Positions 1 through 8,760 of a DNA stretch of 64,000 nucleotides are shown here, in pieces. The notes below the pieces were generated by a model. The model did no database searches. It had not been told where the DNA came from and was given only the letters and a program-made list of their open reading frames with translations. Position 1 is the first letter of the stretch; each line of letters opens with the position of its first letter. Source of the DNA: an uncultured Verrucomicrobiota bacterium (GTDB lineage Bacteria > Verrucomicrobiota > Verrucomicrobiia > JABWAM01); NCBI GenBank assembly GCA_964653025.1, contig CAZZBZ010000001.1:39826-103825 (forward strand). The letters run 5' to 3'. The position numbers were made by a program, and so were the translations under genes.

Positions 1-148
1 ACTCCCTCGGGAGCCGCGGGGCGCACTTCTCACGGAGCAGTTTCTCGATGGCCGGCACGTAGCCGATCACCTCCTCGTAAAGCAGGCGCGGCACGCGGTC
101 CGTGCGCTCGTGCCGCAGGGCGGCCATGACGCGTTCACGCGGGGTCAC
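1..148 (-). CDS. URO-D (uroporphyrinogen decarboxylase / MtaA-like) family protein, N-terminal fragment; gene body runs off the window start
   Basis: Minus-strand translation from GTG at 148 gives VTPRERVMAALRHERTDRVPRLLYEEVIGYVPAIEKLLREKCAP. This resembles the conserved URO-D family N-terminus (TPRER..AAL.....DRVP). An in-frame TGA lies immediately upstream. Truncated by the window edge. Confidence 0.35.
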   Translation of the reverse strand, partial: MTPRERVMAALRHERTDRVPRLLYEEVIGYVPAIEKLLREKCAPRLPRE

Positions 149-227
149 GGTTCAGGAATTTGGAGTGGTCCCAGGCGGTCGCATGGGAAGGGGCGGGCCG
201 CAGCGGAGACGATGGGGCTGATCCGCC

Positions 228-986
228 TCACTGCCACACCCATGCGCTGCCTTGCTGCGGCGTGGTGTTGGCGTTCAGCTTCGCCTGGTCCATGTTCTCC
301 ACATGGCCGTCCAGGAAGCAGATGTTGGCGCTGCCACCGTGCCACTGAAACTGGACGCCTTCCACGTTGGCTCGAACGGGGGGACCCTGGCTTTGGTAGA
401 CGCCGAGCGGAGGACGCGTCGGGCCGTAGGGATACTGCAACGGGTATTCCCCCGAATCCATGAAGACCACCACGTTGGCATCCCCCTTGGCGAACGAACC
501 GGATACGGCCGAGTAGACAGAGGCAGCCCCTGACGCGGGGTCGTATTTGCCCAAACGAAAGTTGTAGGAGTAGTTCGCCTTGTCCATCCGCGAGCCGATG
601 CGGGTGGGGTTGGAGGGACACGCATACACGCTCACTGCGGGCTGGGAATCGAGCGTGAACTTTCCCTCGTTGGGGTTGCGCAAGATCCCGCTGCGGGGAC
701 CGAGCATGTCGTCCCAGAAGTACACGACGGTCGATTCCACCGCGTTGTAGTAGTAGTAGGGAGGAAGGACCCCATAGCTATCTTCGTACATCTTCACCGC
801 CAGGACGAGCTGACGCATGTTGTTGGCGCATGAGATGCGTTTCGCGGTTTCCCGGGCCTTCTTCAAGCTGGGCATCAGAAGGGCCGCAAGGATCGCGATG
901 ATCGCGACGACCACCAGAAGTTCGATGAGGGTAAAAGAAAATCTGGAAGCGGGAAGCAGGAAGCGGGAAGGGCAGCCAAAACGCAT
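228..986 (-). CDS. Prepilin-type N-terminal cleavage/methylation domain protein with DUF1559 (H-X9-DG) domain
   Basis: N-terminus [41 protein letters not shown] is a class III signal / pilin-like methylation motif. The C-terminus has [14 protein letters not shown], the H-X9-DG signature typical of the large DUF1559 families in Planctomycetes/Verrucomicrobia. Start chosen at the internal Met that precedes the pilin-like leader. Confidence 0.8.
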   Translation of the reverse strand: MRFGCPSRFLLPASRFSFTLIELLVVVAIIAILAALLMPSLKKARETAKRISCANNMRQLVLAVKMYEDSYGVLPPYYYYNAVESTVVYFWDDMLGPRSGILRNPNEGKFTLDSQPAVSVYACPSNPTRIGSRMDKANYSYNFRLGKYDPASGAASVYSAVSGSFAKGDANVVVFMDSGEYPLQYPYGPTRPPLGVYQSQGPPVRANVEGVQFQWHGGSANICFLDGHVENMDQAKLNANTTPQQGSAWVWQ

Positions 987-1252
987 GGCAGGCTTCCTCT
1001 TTCGCCTCGTATCAAATCGGGGCATCGGAGCGCCGTCCTCGAACTCGATGAGCGTGAATCCGCCGTGGGCGTTCAAAATGCGCCGGGCTCCGAACCCGCA
1101 GGTTGAAATTGACGAGTCGTCACACACCACGGACCCATCTCAACCCTGCATCCCCACGATGACGACTCCATTCCGGTGGTCTGAACAACGAACCAACAAA
1201 CCCAGGCGGGGCCGCAAACGGAATGGCCGTCCGACCACACCGACTGCATCGC

Positions 1253-2164
1253 TCAGACTCGGGCCTGGCGCGCGCGGCGGGTACGGAGCACGACCAGCAA
1301 CGCCCCCGCGCCGACCAGGAGCGCCGCCGAAGGCTCGGGAATGGATGCCAGTTGCGATTGCCAGGTCTGGATCTCGCTGAGGGAAAGGACGCCCGATGCG
1401 TCCGTCGTGGAACCGAAAACACGAACCACGTCCATCTCGCCCACGAACGTGCGACTGGGGAGGTTGCAGTTCGCCCCAATGAAAAGCCCTACCGCGGCGG
1501 CGGGAACGTTGGTCGGCGCCGTCCAGACCTCGCTGAGGAACGAGGCATTGCTGTTTCCTCCACCTAGGGTGCCCCAGTAGAACTTCGTGCGGTAGTCCGA
1601 ACCCGAGCCGAAGCCATTGTAGGTCAACGCGAAGAACGTCCAGTTGGTGCCGTCCGCGAAGGACGAAGAGACGCCGGAAACCGACGCGTTGTTGATCCTG
1701 AACTTGAGTTGGTTGGTCCCGCTGCCACCCCCTCCAACGTTGGGAACCGCCAGCCCGAACCCACTGGACTTGTCCCCGTAACCGACGAGCCAACTGTCGT
1801 CGTCGTAGCTCTTGCCGGCCTCGGTCTTGAACCAGCCCATGATCGTGAGCGACTGGAGCGCCCCCAACGAGCCCGAGGTGTTCGCGGCCGTTGCGTTCGT
1901 CGTCGTTCGGTTGATGCTTCGCTGGTCCAAAGATCCGCCCGCCACACCGACGCCGTGGAGATTGGAGACCACCCAACCCGGATTCACGTACATGGTGGCG
2001 TTCAGGCCGGGGGCGAGCGAGCCGGAATTGGTGACCGTGGTCCCGGTTTCGTCAAAGTAGTACTCGACCAGGGGCGCAGCCGCCCGCCCTTGCGCCACGA
2101 AGAGCGCGCAGAGCAGCCCGACTCCGAGAAGGATCCTGCTGGCGTGGGAAGAGGTGTGGTTCAT
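1253..2164 (-). CDS. LamG/concanavalin A-like lectin domain protein with C-terminal PEP-CTERM sorting signal (predicted exosortase substrate)
   Basis: N-terminal signal peptide MNHTSSHASRILLGVGLLCALFVAQG. LamG-like core (LTIMGWFK ... FFALTYNG ... DVVRVFG). The C-terminus IPEPSAALLVGAGALLVVLRTRRARQARV is PEP motif + TM helix + Arg-rich tail. Confidence 0.8.
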   Translation of the reverse strand: MNHTSSHASRILLGVGLLCALFVAQGRAAAPLVEYYFDETGTTVTNSGSLAPGLNATMYVNPGWVVSNLHGVGVAGGSLDQRSINRTTTNATAANTSGSLGALQSLTIMGWFKTEAGKSYDDDSWLVGYGDKSSGFGLAVPNVGGGGSGTNQLKFRINNASVSGVSSSFADGTNWTFFALTYNGFGSGSDYRTKFYWGTLGGGNSNASFLSEVWTAPTNVPAAAVGLFIGANCNLPSRTFVGEMDVVRVFGSTTDASGVLSLSEIQTWQSQLASIPEPSAALLVGAGALLVVLRTRRARQARV

Positions 2165-2298
2165 AAGAGTTCTCCGTTTTCGGCTCCCCGTCTACCACCC
2201 CCCATGAGGCGGAACAAGGGGGAGGCGTTGGTTGTTTTTGCAGACCATTTCCAATCACCGTGGGGCGTCTCCCTCTTCCTCCCCCCCCGCTTACCGGT

Positions 2299-2361
2299 CG
2301 CCGTTGGCAGCGGCTCCTCCCTCACTCGAATCTCTGCCTGTAGGAGCCGTTGCCAACGGCG
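2299..2361. promoter_or_regulatory. Imperfect 19-bp inverted repeat (CGCCGTTGGCAGCGGCTCC ... GGAGCCGTTGCCAACGGCG) in the divergent promoter region between the PEP-CTERM LamG gene and the GntR-family regulator gene; candidate operator
   Basis: Read directly: arms at 2299-2317 and 2343-2361 are reverse complements with 1 mismatch, separated by a 25-bp spacer. Location between divergently transcribed genes. Confidence 0.4.
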
Positions 2362-2519
2362 ATCCTTTCAGCCGTTGATCGACCAAACCGTGAACCTGAA
2401 CCGCCAACCCCACTTTGGCCTGTTGGCCAGACCATCTGAACCTATTTGCTTCCCCGACGCCCTCCGGTCAGGCATGCTGCCGAACCGTGCGGGGGGAGCC
2501 TCCCCTCGCGAGGGCGACG

Positions 2520-3614
2520 ATGAAACTCCCGCAACGCACTTCCCTGATCGGCCAGGTCGTGGAGATCTTGCGCGGCGAGATCGCCTCGGGGCACTGGCAG
2601 ACCCGCCTCCCCGGGGAACGCGCCCTGGCGGACCATCTCCAGGTGAGCCGATCCACGCTGCGCGGCGCGCTGGAGCAGTTGCACCGCCGAGGCCTGATCG
2701 AGACGCGCCGCAAGCGGCACTGGCTCCGCGCCCCGTCTTCCAAGGGGCGACGCCCCGTGGCCAAGTCGCGCGTGATCGGATGGCTCTATGGCGAGGCGCA
2801 CGAGGACCTGTTGCCGTACAAGGTCCGCCACATTGACGAGGTTCGCCGCCACCTTCACGACGCGGGTTACGCGCTCGAGGTGCACTGCGCTCCCCACCTG
2901 CACCACCAGCACACGCACAAGAACCTCCACCCGATGGTCCGCCTCAGCGAGGCGAACGTCTGGATCCTCACCCAGACCCCCCTCTCCGTCCAGCAGTGGT
3001 TCCTCGAGGCGGGAAGCCCCACCCTGATTGCGGGAAGCCGGCATCCGGGGATCTCCCTGCCCGCGATTGACTTCGACTACCGCTCGATCAGCCGGCATGC
3101 CGCCGGCCTGTTCGCAAGCCACGGGCACCGTCGCGTCGGCTTCCTCACCCCCTCCCTCAAGCAACTGATCGGGGACCGCATCTCCCTGCAAGGATTCCAG
3201 GAAGGGATGGCCGCCGCCACCTCGCCGCATCCCGAAGTCGTTTTGGCGGAGCACGACAAGTCCCTTCCGCGAATCTGCTCGGCGGTCGAGTTCCTGGTCT
3301 GCGGGAAGAACCCCGTCACCGGGATCTTTGTCTCCCACCCGAACCATCTCCTCGCCGTGATCAGCCACTTGGGCAGGCTGCGGCTCCGCGTCCCGCAAGA
3401 GGTCTCGCTTGTCGCGCGCCAGCACGACACCCCCCTGGATTTCCTGGTTCCCTCGATCGCCTGCTATGAGTTCAACCACCATCACTACGCCATGCGCGTC
3501 TCCCAGATGGCGGTCCGCATGATCGAGGAGGGATCGATCCGAAACCGCCAGTTCACCCTCATGGGCCACTTCATCACGGGCGACTCCCTCGGGCGCGTGA
3601 AACGCTCCGCCTGA
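2520..3614 (+). CDS. GntR-family transcriptional regulator with C-terminal periplasmic-binding-protein-like (sugar-binding) effector domain
   Basis: N-terminal winged HTH (GERALADHLQVSRSTLRGALEQLHRRGLIE), then a LacI/PBP-like effector domain. Start placed at MKLPQRT; the longer 2415 ORF start is unsupported. Confidence 0.75.
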   Translation: MKLPQRTSLIGQVVEILRGEIASGHWQTRLPGERALADHLQVSRSTLRGALEQLHRRGLIETRRKRHWLRAPSSKGRRPVAKSRVIGWLYGEAHEDLLPYKVRHIDEVRRHLHDAGYALEVHCAPHLHHQHTHKNLHPMVRLSEANVWILTQTPLSVQQWFLEAGSPTLIAGSRHPGISLPAIDFDYRSISRHAAGLFASHGHRRVGFLTPSLKQLIGDRISLQGFQEGMAAATSPHPEVVLAEHDKSLPRICSAVEFLVCGKNPVTGIFVSHPNHLLAVISHLGRLRLRVPQEVSLVARQHDTPLDFLVPSIACYEFNHHHYAMRVSQMAVRMIEEGSIRNRQFTLMGHFITGDSLGRVKRSA

Positions 3615-3661
3615 CGCCGCGGCACCGGACGCAGGACCCGCTCGGGTTCAGTGTCCGGTTC

Positions 3662-4213
3662 TTGTGGCTTGTGACAGCGCCGGGCGGGTCGTATGATCGA
3701 CCCGTGAAGCGGGTTGCCGAGTTGCTGAACGAGATGCGTAAGGTTGGCGTCATCTCCAACTATGCCCTGTTTGGGGCGACCGCCCAGATGCGTTACACCG
3801 AGGCCGTGGCCACGCTGGACGCGGATGTCCTGGTCGCCGTGCCGCCCTCGGAACGTCTCGACATCCTGGCGCCCATCTACGCTTTCTGTACCGCGAAGGG
3901 GTATGGCACGGAAGGGGAAGCCGTGCGGGTGGGGGCATGGCCGGTTCAGTTTATCCCCGCGTTCAGTCCCTTGGCGGAAGCAGCCATCCAACGCGCCGAG
4001 ACGGCCGACTACGAAGGCACGCCCTTCCGTGTGGTTCGCGCCGACGATCTCGCCCTGCTGGCATTGAGCACCGGGCGGGCCAAAGATTTCGCACGTATTC
4101 TCGCCTTGCTGGAGAGTGCCAGCGTTTCCAGAGAAGGGATGGTTGTCCTTGCCCGCCCGCACGGGCTCGAAGAGGCATGGAGTCGCTTCGAAAGGCGATT
4201 TTTGAATGAATAG
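3662..4213 (+). CDS. Hypothetical protein, possible minimal nucleotidyltransferase-fold protein
   Basis: 183-aa ORF with good coding periodicity. G-x14-D-x-D spacing (LFGATAQMRYTEAVATLDADVLV) is reminiscent of MNT-fold NTases. No firm family assignment possible by eye. Confidence 0.4.
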   Translation: MWLVTAPGGSYDRPVKRVAELLNEMRKVGVISNYALFGATAQMRYTEAVATLDADVLVAVPPSERLDILAPIYAFCTAKGYGTEGEAVRVGAWPVQFIPAFSPLAEAAIQRAETADYEGTPFRVVRADDLALLALSTGRAKDFARILALLESASVSREGMVVLARPHGLEEAWSRFERRFLNE

Positions 4214-4385
4214 CACCCGTCAACTCCTGGAACGCCAGGCCGCATGGCAAAAGACGCGGATTCACCGTTCCTGGCCCGACAAGATTCGCGAGGCCGAAAG
4301 GCTTCGTGAGGCACTCGTGGAGTTGCGCCGGTCGCGCCCCGGTCGGGACAGAATCAATCAGCGCGAGCCGCGCCTCCCACAATAG
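4206..4385 (+). CDS. Small hypothetical protein (59 aa) translationally coupled to the upstream gene via an ATGA overlap
   Basis: ATG at 4206 overlaps the stop of the 3662-4213 ORF (gaATGAatag). Translation: MNSTRQLLERQAAWQKTRIHRSWPDKIREAERLREALVELRRSRPGRDRINQREPRLPQ. Below the 60-aa cutoff of the supplied track, found by reading the sequence. Confidence 0.3.
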   Translation: MNSTRQLLERQAAWQKTRIHRSWPDKIREAERLREALVELRRSRPGRDRINQREPRLPQ

Positions 4386-4523
4386 GAGAGGAGGCCAATC
4401 TGGGGTGTGGGAGGCGCGGCTCGTGCCAATCACAGGGCCATCGGAAAAAAACCGAAAGGCAAGGCTCCGCCGGACGCGTTTTCTCGCTCGAAATGCGCCT
4501 CTTCGCTCGTGGCGAATGCATGG

Positions 4524-6356
4524 CTACGGCTTGCGCGGCCCAAACTTCATCGGGGCGTCCCCGGCCTCGTAGGCCCCGAGATCGGGCGCCTTCCCGCGAA
4601 ACCCGTCGTTGAAGTTCGGCAAGCGTTCGCCAGCATCCACGGCCACGCTCTTCTCCCTCAGCCGCAGGTCGAGCGGGGGCAATGCCTGAGGCTTGTCCGA
4701 CATCGGTTCCCCTTTGAGAAATGCGTCGTAGTCCACCTCCACGGCATGCTCCTCGTAACCGGTGGCCTTGGTGAACTCCGCGAGGCTTGAGAAGACCGCC
4801 TCGACCTGCGGCGTGCCCGAGGAGGAAATCTGGGTTGGCTCGGCAAACCGCCACATGATCGCCCTTCCCGGGGGACAGCCCAGGACCCGATACCCGTTAT
4901 AATCCATGCTGGAAGTGGCCGGGGTCAGGGTCCCCGTCCAGATGTAGCCATCGGGCTGCCCGTCCATCCCGAGGAACAGGTTGTTGCGCAGGCGGGTGTT
5001 CTGCCAGATCGGGCCGTTGCGGAATCCATCCACGACCAGGAAGGTGTTGTGGTAGATGACGAGGCCGGCGGGATAGACATTCAACTTGAGCCCGGCACGG
5101 AGAATATTGAAGACCACGTTGCGGAAGATGTAGCCCGGGCCGGCGTAGACCGGTTGCGCGCTGATCCCCATGAAACAGTTCCATGCGAAGTTGCGGGAGA
5201 CGCGCAGGTTGTGGACCCCGTAATCCATCTCGAAGGCGTCGTCGATGCACTCGCTCACCTCGTTGTGGGAGAAGTCGATCGCGCAGCTCCGTTCCGCCCG
5301 GGGGCCTCGCGGATCGGTCCTGGCCACGTCGATCCCGTCCCAGAACCCCGACACCCTGTTCCATGACACGGCATGGCCCTGCCCCGCGATCCAGACGGCA
5401 TGGGATTGGCCGTATTTCTCGCCGCTTTCGTTGCGCGGAGTCCATTCCTTGGCGGGCCCGACGAAGACATTGTCCAGGATGCTGGCCTCGCGGCATTTTC
5501 CGGACATCAGCCAGATGGGGCCCTGGGACTGCTCGAGCTTGCACCGTTGGACCACCAGCCCGGCGCAGGAATCCCCCTCGTTCACGCGGACCAGGTTGTC
5601 CGCGTCGCGCAGGGTCAGGTCCTGGATCCAGGTGTGGTCGGCCCCTCTCAGCAACAGCACGCAGTTCCCATCCCCCTGGATCACCGCCTCGCCGTCCCCC
5701 GCCCCGCGGATCACGATCGGTTTGTCGGGGGTTCCCGCCTTGTCGAGAAGGAAGTCCACTTTCCCCGGCTCATGGGGGGCCGCCGCCGTGTGAACCCCCG
5801 CGTGGACGAGGATGCATTCGCCGGGCTTCACCTCGGCATAGGCCTCCTTGAGATCATTGAAAAACAGCTCCTGCTTTGCGCCTTCGAAACCGGCCGGGTA
5901 GAGGTGGAGCGTGCGCGTCGGCTTCGGCGCCCGGGGCTCCGCCCGGGTCCTGGCCTTCACGGTCTTCTCCGCACGCCCGCCGTCGGGATCGCTCATCGCA
6001 AGCTTCACCTCGTACCCGACCCCGGGCGCGAGGTCCACGACGCTCCCGGCAAAGAGGTTGCCGCAGGTGTACGCTTCCGCGGGCTTGTCCGAGCCGGTCT
6101 TCTCCCCCTTGATACGGAGAAGGGGATGCCCCTTTTTCCATTCCCCGCCGGCGGACGGGCGGTAGAGGACCTCGACGGTCGCGTTGCGGTTGTCGTCACC
6201 CGTCACATCCCACTCAAACCCGAGGCACTCGTGGGTGGGCGGCTCGACCACCAACTCTCCGGGCACCACCGCGTCCCCACCGCGCGCGACCGCGGCTGCG
6301 AGGAAAAGGAAAGCGGCCACCGCGACAGGGGAGCAAAACCTTGGAGAGATGCGCAT
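4524..6356 (-). CDS. Secreted right-handed parallel beta-helix repeat protein (pectin-lyase-fold; putative polysaccharide lyase/hydrolase or adhesin) with N-terminal FN3-like region
   Basis: Signal peptide MRISPRFCSPVAVAAFLFLAAAVARG. Repeated beta-helix coils (NVFVGPAKEW ... HNEVSECIDDAFEMDYGVHNLRVSRNFAWNCFMG ... IFRNVVFN ... VIYHNTFL). The long N-terminal extension of the raw ORF (to 6920) is rejected because it reads antisense through the adjacent gene and lacks a signal. Confidence 0.7.
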   Translation of the reverse strand: MRISPRFCSPVAVAAFLFLAAAVARGGDAVVPGELVVEPPTHECLGFEWDVTGDDNRNATVEVLYRPSAGGEWKKGHPLLRIKGEKTGSDKPAEAYTCGNLFAGSVVDLAPGVGYEVKLAMSDPDGGRAEKTVKARTRAEPRAPKPTRTLHLYPAGFEGAKQELFFNDLKEAYAEVKPGECILVHAGVHTAAAPHEPGKVDFLLDKAGTPDKPIVIRGAGDGEAVIQGDGNCVLLLRGADHTWIQDLTLRDADNLVRVNEGDSCAGLVVQRCKLEQSQGPIWLMSGKCREASILDNVFVGPAKEWTPRNESGEKYGQSHAVWIAGQGHAVSWNRVSGFWDGIDVARTDPRGPRAERSCAIDFSHNEVSECIDDAFEMDYGVHNLRVSRNFAWNCFMGISAQPVYAGPGYIFRNVVFNILRAGLKLNVYPAGLVIYHNTFLVVDGFRNGPIWQNTRLRNNLFLGMDGQPDGYIWTGTLTPATSSMDYNGYRVLGCPPGRAIMWRFAEPTQISSSGTPQVEAVFSSLAEFTKATGYEEHAVEVDYDAFLKGEPMSDKPQALPPLDLRLREKSVAVDAGERLPNFNDGFRGKAPDLGAYEAGDAPMKFGPRKP

Positions 6357-6471
6357 GGCGGGCATTGGACGGCGGGACACGGCCCCGCGACAACCGCAAT
6401 CCTCTGGTCTGGGAGACATACCATTGTTGTGGCCTCGCCTGCCCGCGAAGGGCGGGCTATCCAGATCGGCC

Positions 6472-7275
6472 ATGAAACGCTTGCTGATTTTGCTTTTCGG
6501 GGTCGCCCTCTCGATGACGCCGACCTTCCAGGGTTGGGCCGCCACCCCGATCGTGGAGTACCTCTTCAACGAGGCGGGCGATTCGCCCGCCAGCACGGGA
6601 TCGTCCGACATCCGCCTGGTCCTGGTCCAGAAAGGGGCGGCGGCCGCCGAACTCCCTTCGGCCGCCGGCAAGGGCGTGCGCGGGGGAACGGACCGCTGCC
6701 TCGACCAATGCCTTGTCGAGGAACCCGTGCGGGCTTGGGCCGCCCTCGCGGAACCCGACGAGACTCTCAACGGTCTTCTCTCCTTCACGTTGATGGGCTG
6801 GTTCAAGAAGGTGGGCGCCCCGCTTTCGTGCGACCACCACCTCTTCTGGATGGGGGAGAAGAACCGCTTCCTGCTGATGGGCTGGGACAACGCCGGGATG
6901 CGCCTGGGGTTCAACGGCAAGAACGCCTACTCGGGACCGAACGCCTACGCCGGGCTGGACGATTGGATCTTCTTCGCGGTGACGTACGACGGAACCCTCG
7001 AGAAGCAGAACGTAGGGTTCTACAAAGGGACCCTCTCCGAAGGAGCCCGGTTGATCGGCAAAGTCTCTTTCTTCGATGGCGCGCAGGGAGGGGCGATCCA
7101 TGAGGGCAGCGTGCGCCTCCAGATCGGTGGGGTCGATGCGGTCAGCCGGTGTTTCAAGGGGTTCCTGGACGAACTCCGCGTGTTCGGTTCGACGAAGGAC
7201 GCGAGCGGGGTCTTGGAAACGGACGAGATCCGCCAGTGGCAGGATAACGCCAAGCCTACCAAGCCCAGAAAATAA
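6472..7275 (+). CDS. LamG/concanavalin A-like lectin domain protein, paralog of the 1253-2164 gene but lacking the PEP-CTERM anchor
   Basis: Signal peptide MKRLLILLFGVALSMTPTFQGWA. Motifs shared with the 1253-2164 protein: PIVEYLFNEAG vs PLVEYYFDETG, FTLMGWFKK vs LTIMGWFKT, ELRVFGSTKDASGVLETDEIRQWQ vs DVVRVFGSTTDASGVLSLSEIQTWQ. Ends KPTKPRK with no PEP/TM tail. Confidence 0.75.
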   Translation: MKRLLILLFGVALSMTPTFQGWAATPIVEYLFNEAGDSPASTGSSDIRLVLVQKGAAAAELPSAAGKGVRGGTDRCLDQCLVEEPVRAWAALAEPDETLNGLLSFTLMGWFKKVGAPLSCDHHLFWMGEKNRFLLMGWDNAGMRLGFNGKNAYSGPNAYAGLDDWIFFAVTYDGTLEKQNVGFYKGTLSEGARLIGKVSFFDGAQGGAIHEGSVRLQIGGVDAVSRCFKGFLDELRVFGSTKDASGVLETDEIRQWQDNAKPTKPRK

Positions 7276-7333
7276 GTTTGACGCCTGCAGGACACCTTCC
7301 CGCCTCAAACGAGAACGCGTGGAAGGTCCCGGT

Positions 7334-7360
7334 AAAAAAACGCGAGGCGACTCCTCGCAG
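7334..7360 (-). terminator. Candidate intrinsic terminator for the minus-strand C45-peptidase gene
   Basis: Plus strand: A7 run (7334-7340) followed by the hairpin GCGAGG-cgact-CCTCGC. On the minus strand this reads stem-loop then T7. About 140 nt downstream of the 7503 stop. Confidence 0.45.
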
Positions 7361-7502
7361 AATTGATGAGGGGCCGTTGACCCCGTTCCGAAGGCTGCAT
7401 GTCCTCGCTGGACACCACCACGGTACGGCCGCAGCGAGGTCGTCTGCAGAAGAGGGGCACTGGAGGGCGGCCATGAATGGCGCGCCACTGAACTGGCACG
7501 GC

Positions 7503-8588
7503 TCAGGGATTCTTCAGGCCGTACCGTACAAATGGGGCAGCACAGGGATTCCCGATGGCGATCTCCATCTCGCCATCCGTAAGGTTGGCGACCACCGCCG
7601 CGGTGGTCCATCCCATGTCCTGATCACTCGGGTGGCGGCAGATCGAGAGCGGGAAGTCGGCGTGGTCCGCGAAAAACTCACGGAGGTCCCCTGCGCGCAG
7701 GTCCCCGACCTTCGAGGCCAGCAGCCGCTCCATGTTCTGTTGCCTTAGCGGTGAACTGGGGGACGGGAAGTCCTTCTCCTCCTCGCAGCGGAGCGATTCG
7801 CAAAGGATCGAGTTGGCGTGGGCGAACGCACGGCCCGAGACCTCGCGTACATCCACACGACCGTTGACGAACTCCAGACACACCGCCCGCCCCGTGGCGT
7901 CCCCCAGCAGCGCGCTCCCGTTGTCGAACGAAAGCCCCCGGATCGCCGACAGCACCTCCTCCAGGGAGCGCTTCTCCTTGATGAGGCAGCGGATCAGCAT
8001 CGTGGGCACGGTTTCCTCCACGGGAACTTTCCCAAAAAGAGAGTTGGCCACGTAACCCAGTCCCGCCGACGTCATACCGACATGGAAAAGCCAGCCGGGA
8101 TAGTTGAGCACCACGCAGGCGGGCCCCTCCGAGAAGCGCTGGGTCATGATCCGGTAGCGCTCCAGTGGCGCACTGGTGTCCTTGGTCTGGCCGAGGAACG
8201 CCTTACCCCCCTGCGTCGCCGCCCCGCTGCACGCCACCGAGGTGCATCCCTCGTGGAGGAAGGGATGGGTCTTGGTGCCGCCATGGACCGCGGCAAACAG
8301 CATCCACGCGTAGTCGAAGCCTCCCCCCACCGCCATGCCACGGATCTCCTCCACGCAACGCGGCACGTGTTTGTCGAAAAGAGGGTGCCATTCGGCCATT
8401 GCGTAATCGAGAACCCGCTTCTCACTCCACCCACGGCCTTTCGCGAACCCATCGAGGGCCACCTTCGCCTCCTTGACGATCGCATTCCGCAACGTCCGCC
8501 CATGCTGGCACCCAATCTCATGCGCAGAACCACTCCATGAATAGACCTGGTGTTTCCCTTCAACGCCCGCGGTGACTGCTGCCTCCAT
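7503..8588 (-). CDS. Peptidase C45 / acyl-CoA:6-aminopenicillanic acid acyltransferase family protein (Ntn-hydrolase superfamily)
   Basis: 361 aa. Candidate internal Ntn nucleophile context LHEGCTSVAC. Overall pattern (VLNYPGWLFHVGMTSAGL ... GNPCAAPF) matches the C45/choloylglycine-hydrolase-like fold. Assignment by recognition only. Confidence 0.6.
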   Translation of the reverse strand: MEAAVTAGVEGKHQVYSWSGSAHEIGCQHGRTLRNAIVKEAKVALDGFAKGRGWSEKRVLDYAMAEWHPLFDKHVPRCVEEIRGMAVGGGFDYAWMLFAAVHGGTKTHPFLHEGCTSVACSGAATQGGKAFLGQTKDTSAPLERYRIMTQRFSEGPACVVLNYPGWLFHVGMTSAGLGYVANSLFGKVPVEETVPTMLIRCLIKEKRSLEEVLSAIRGLSFDNGSALLGDATGRAVCLEFVNGRVDVREVSGRAFAHANSILCESLRCEEEKDFPSPSSPLRQQNMERLLASKVGDLRAGDLREFFADHADFPLSICRHPSDQDMGWTTAAVVANLTDGEMEIAIGNPCAAPFVRYGLKNP

Positions 8589-8760
8589 GCACGGAGGTTA
8601 TGGGGCGCAACTTTACCTCGCCAAGAGAAAGGCCTTGGTATGACGGTCGAACCAACTCCGAGGGGTTGTTTCGCAGGATGGTCCGCAAGAAGATGGAAGG
8701 CCCATGAAGATTTATGTGATGACCGACCTGGGGCGCCTCCCCCTCTAACCAACGCTTTGC

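Noticed and set aside
6184-6471. N-terminal extension of the 6184-7275 ORF
   Set aside because: The true LamG gene starts at the ATG (6472) that precedes a clear signal peptide. The upstream part overlaps the divergent beta-helix gene.
5373-7103. 576-aa plus-strand ORF
   Set aside because: Overlaps the beta-helix gene antisense and the N-terminus of the LamG paralog out of frame. Low-complexity translation.
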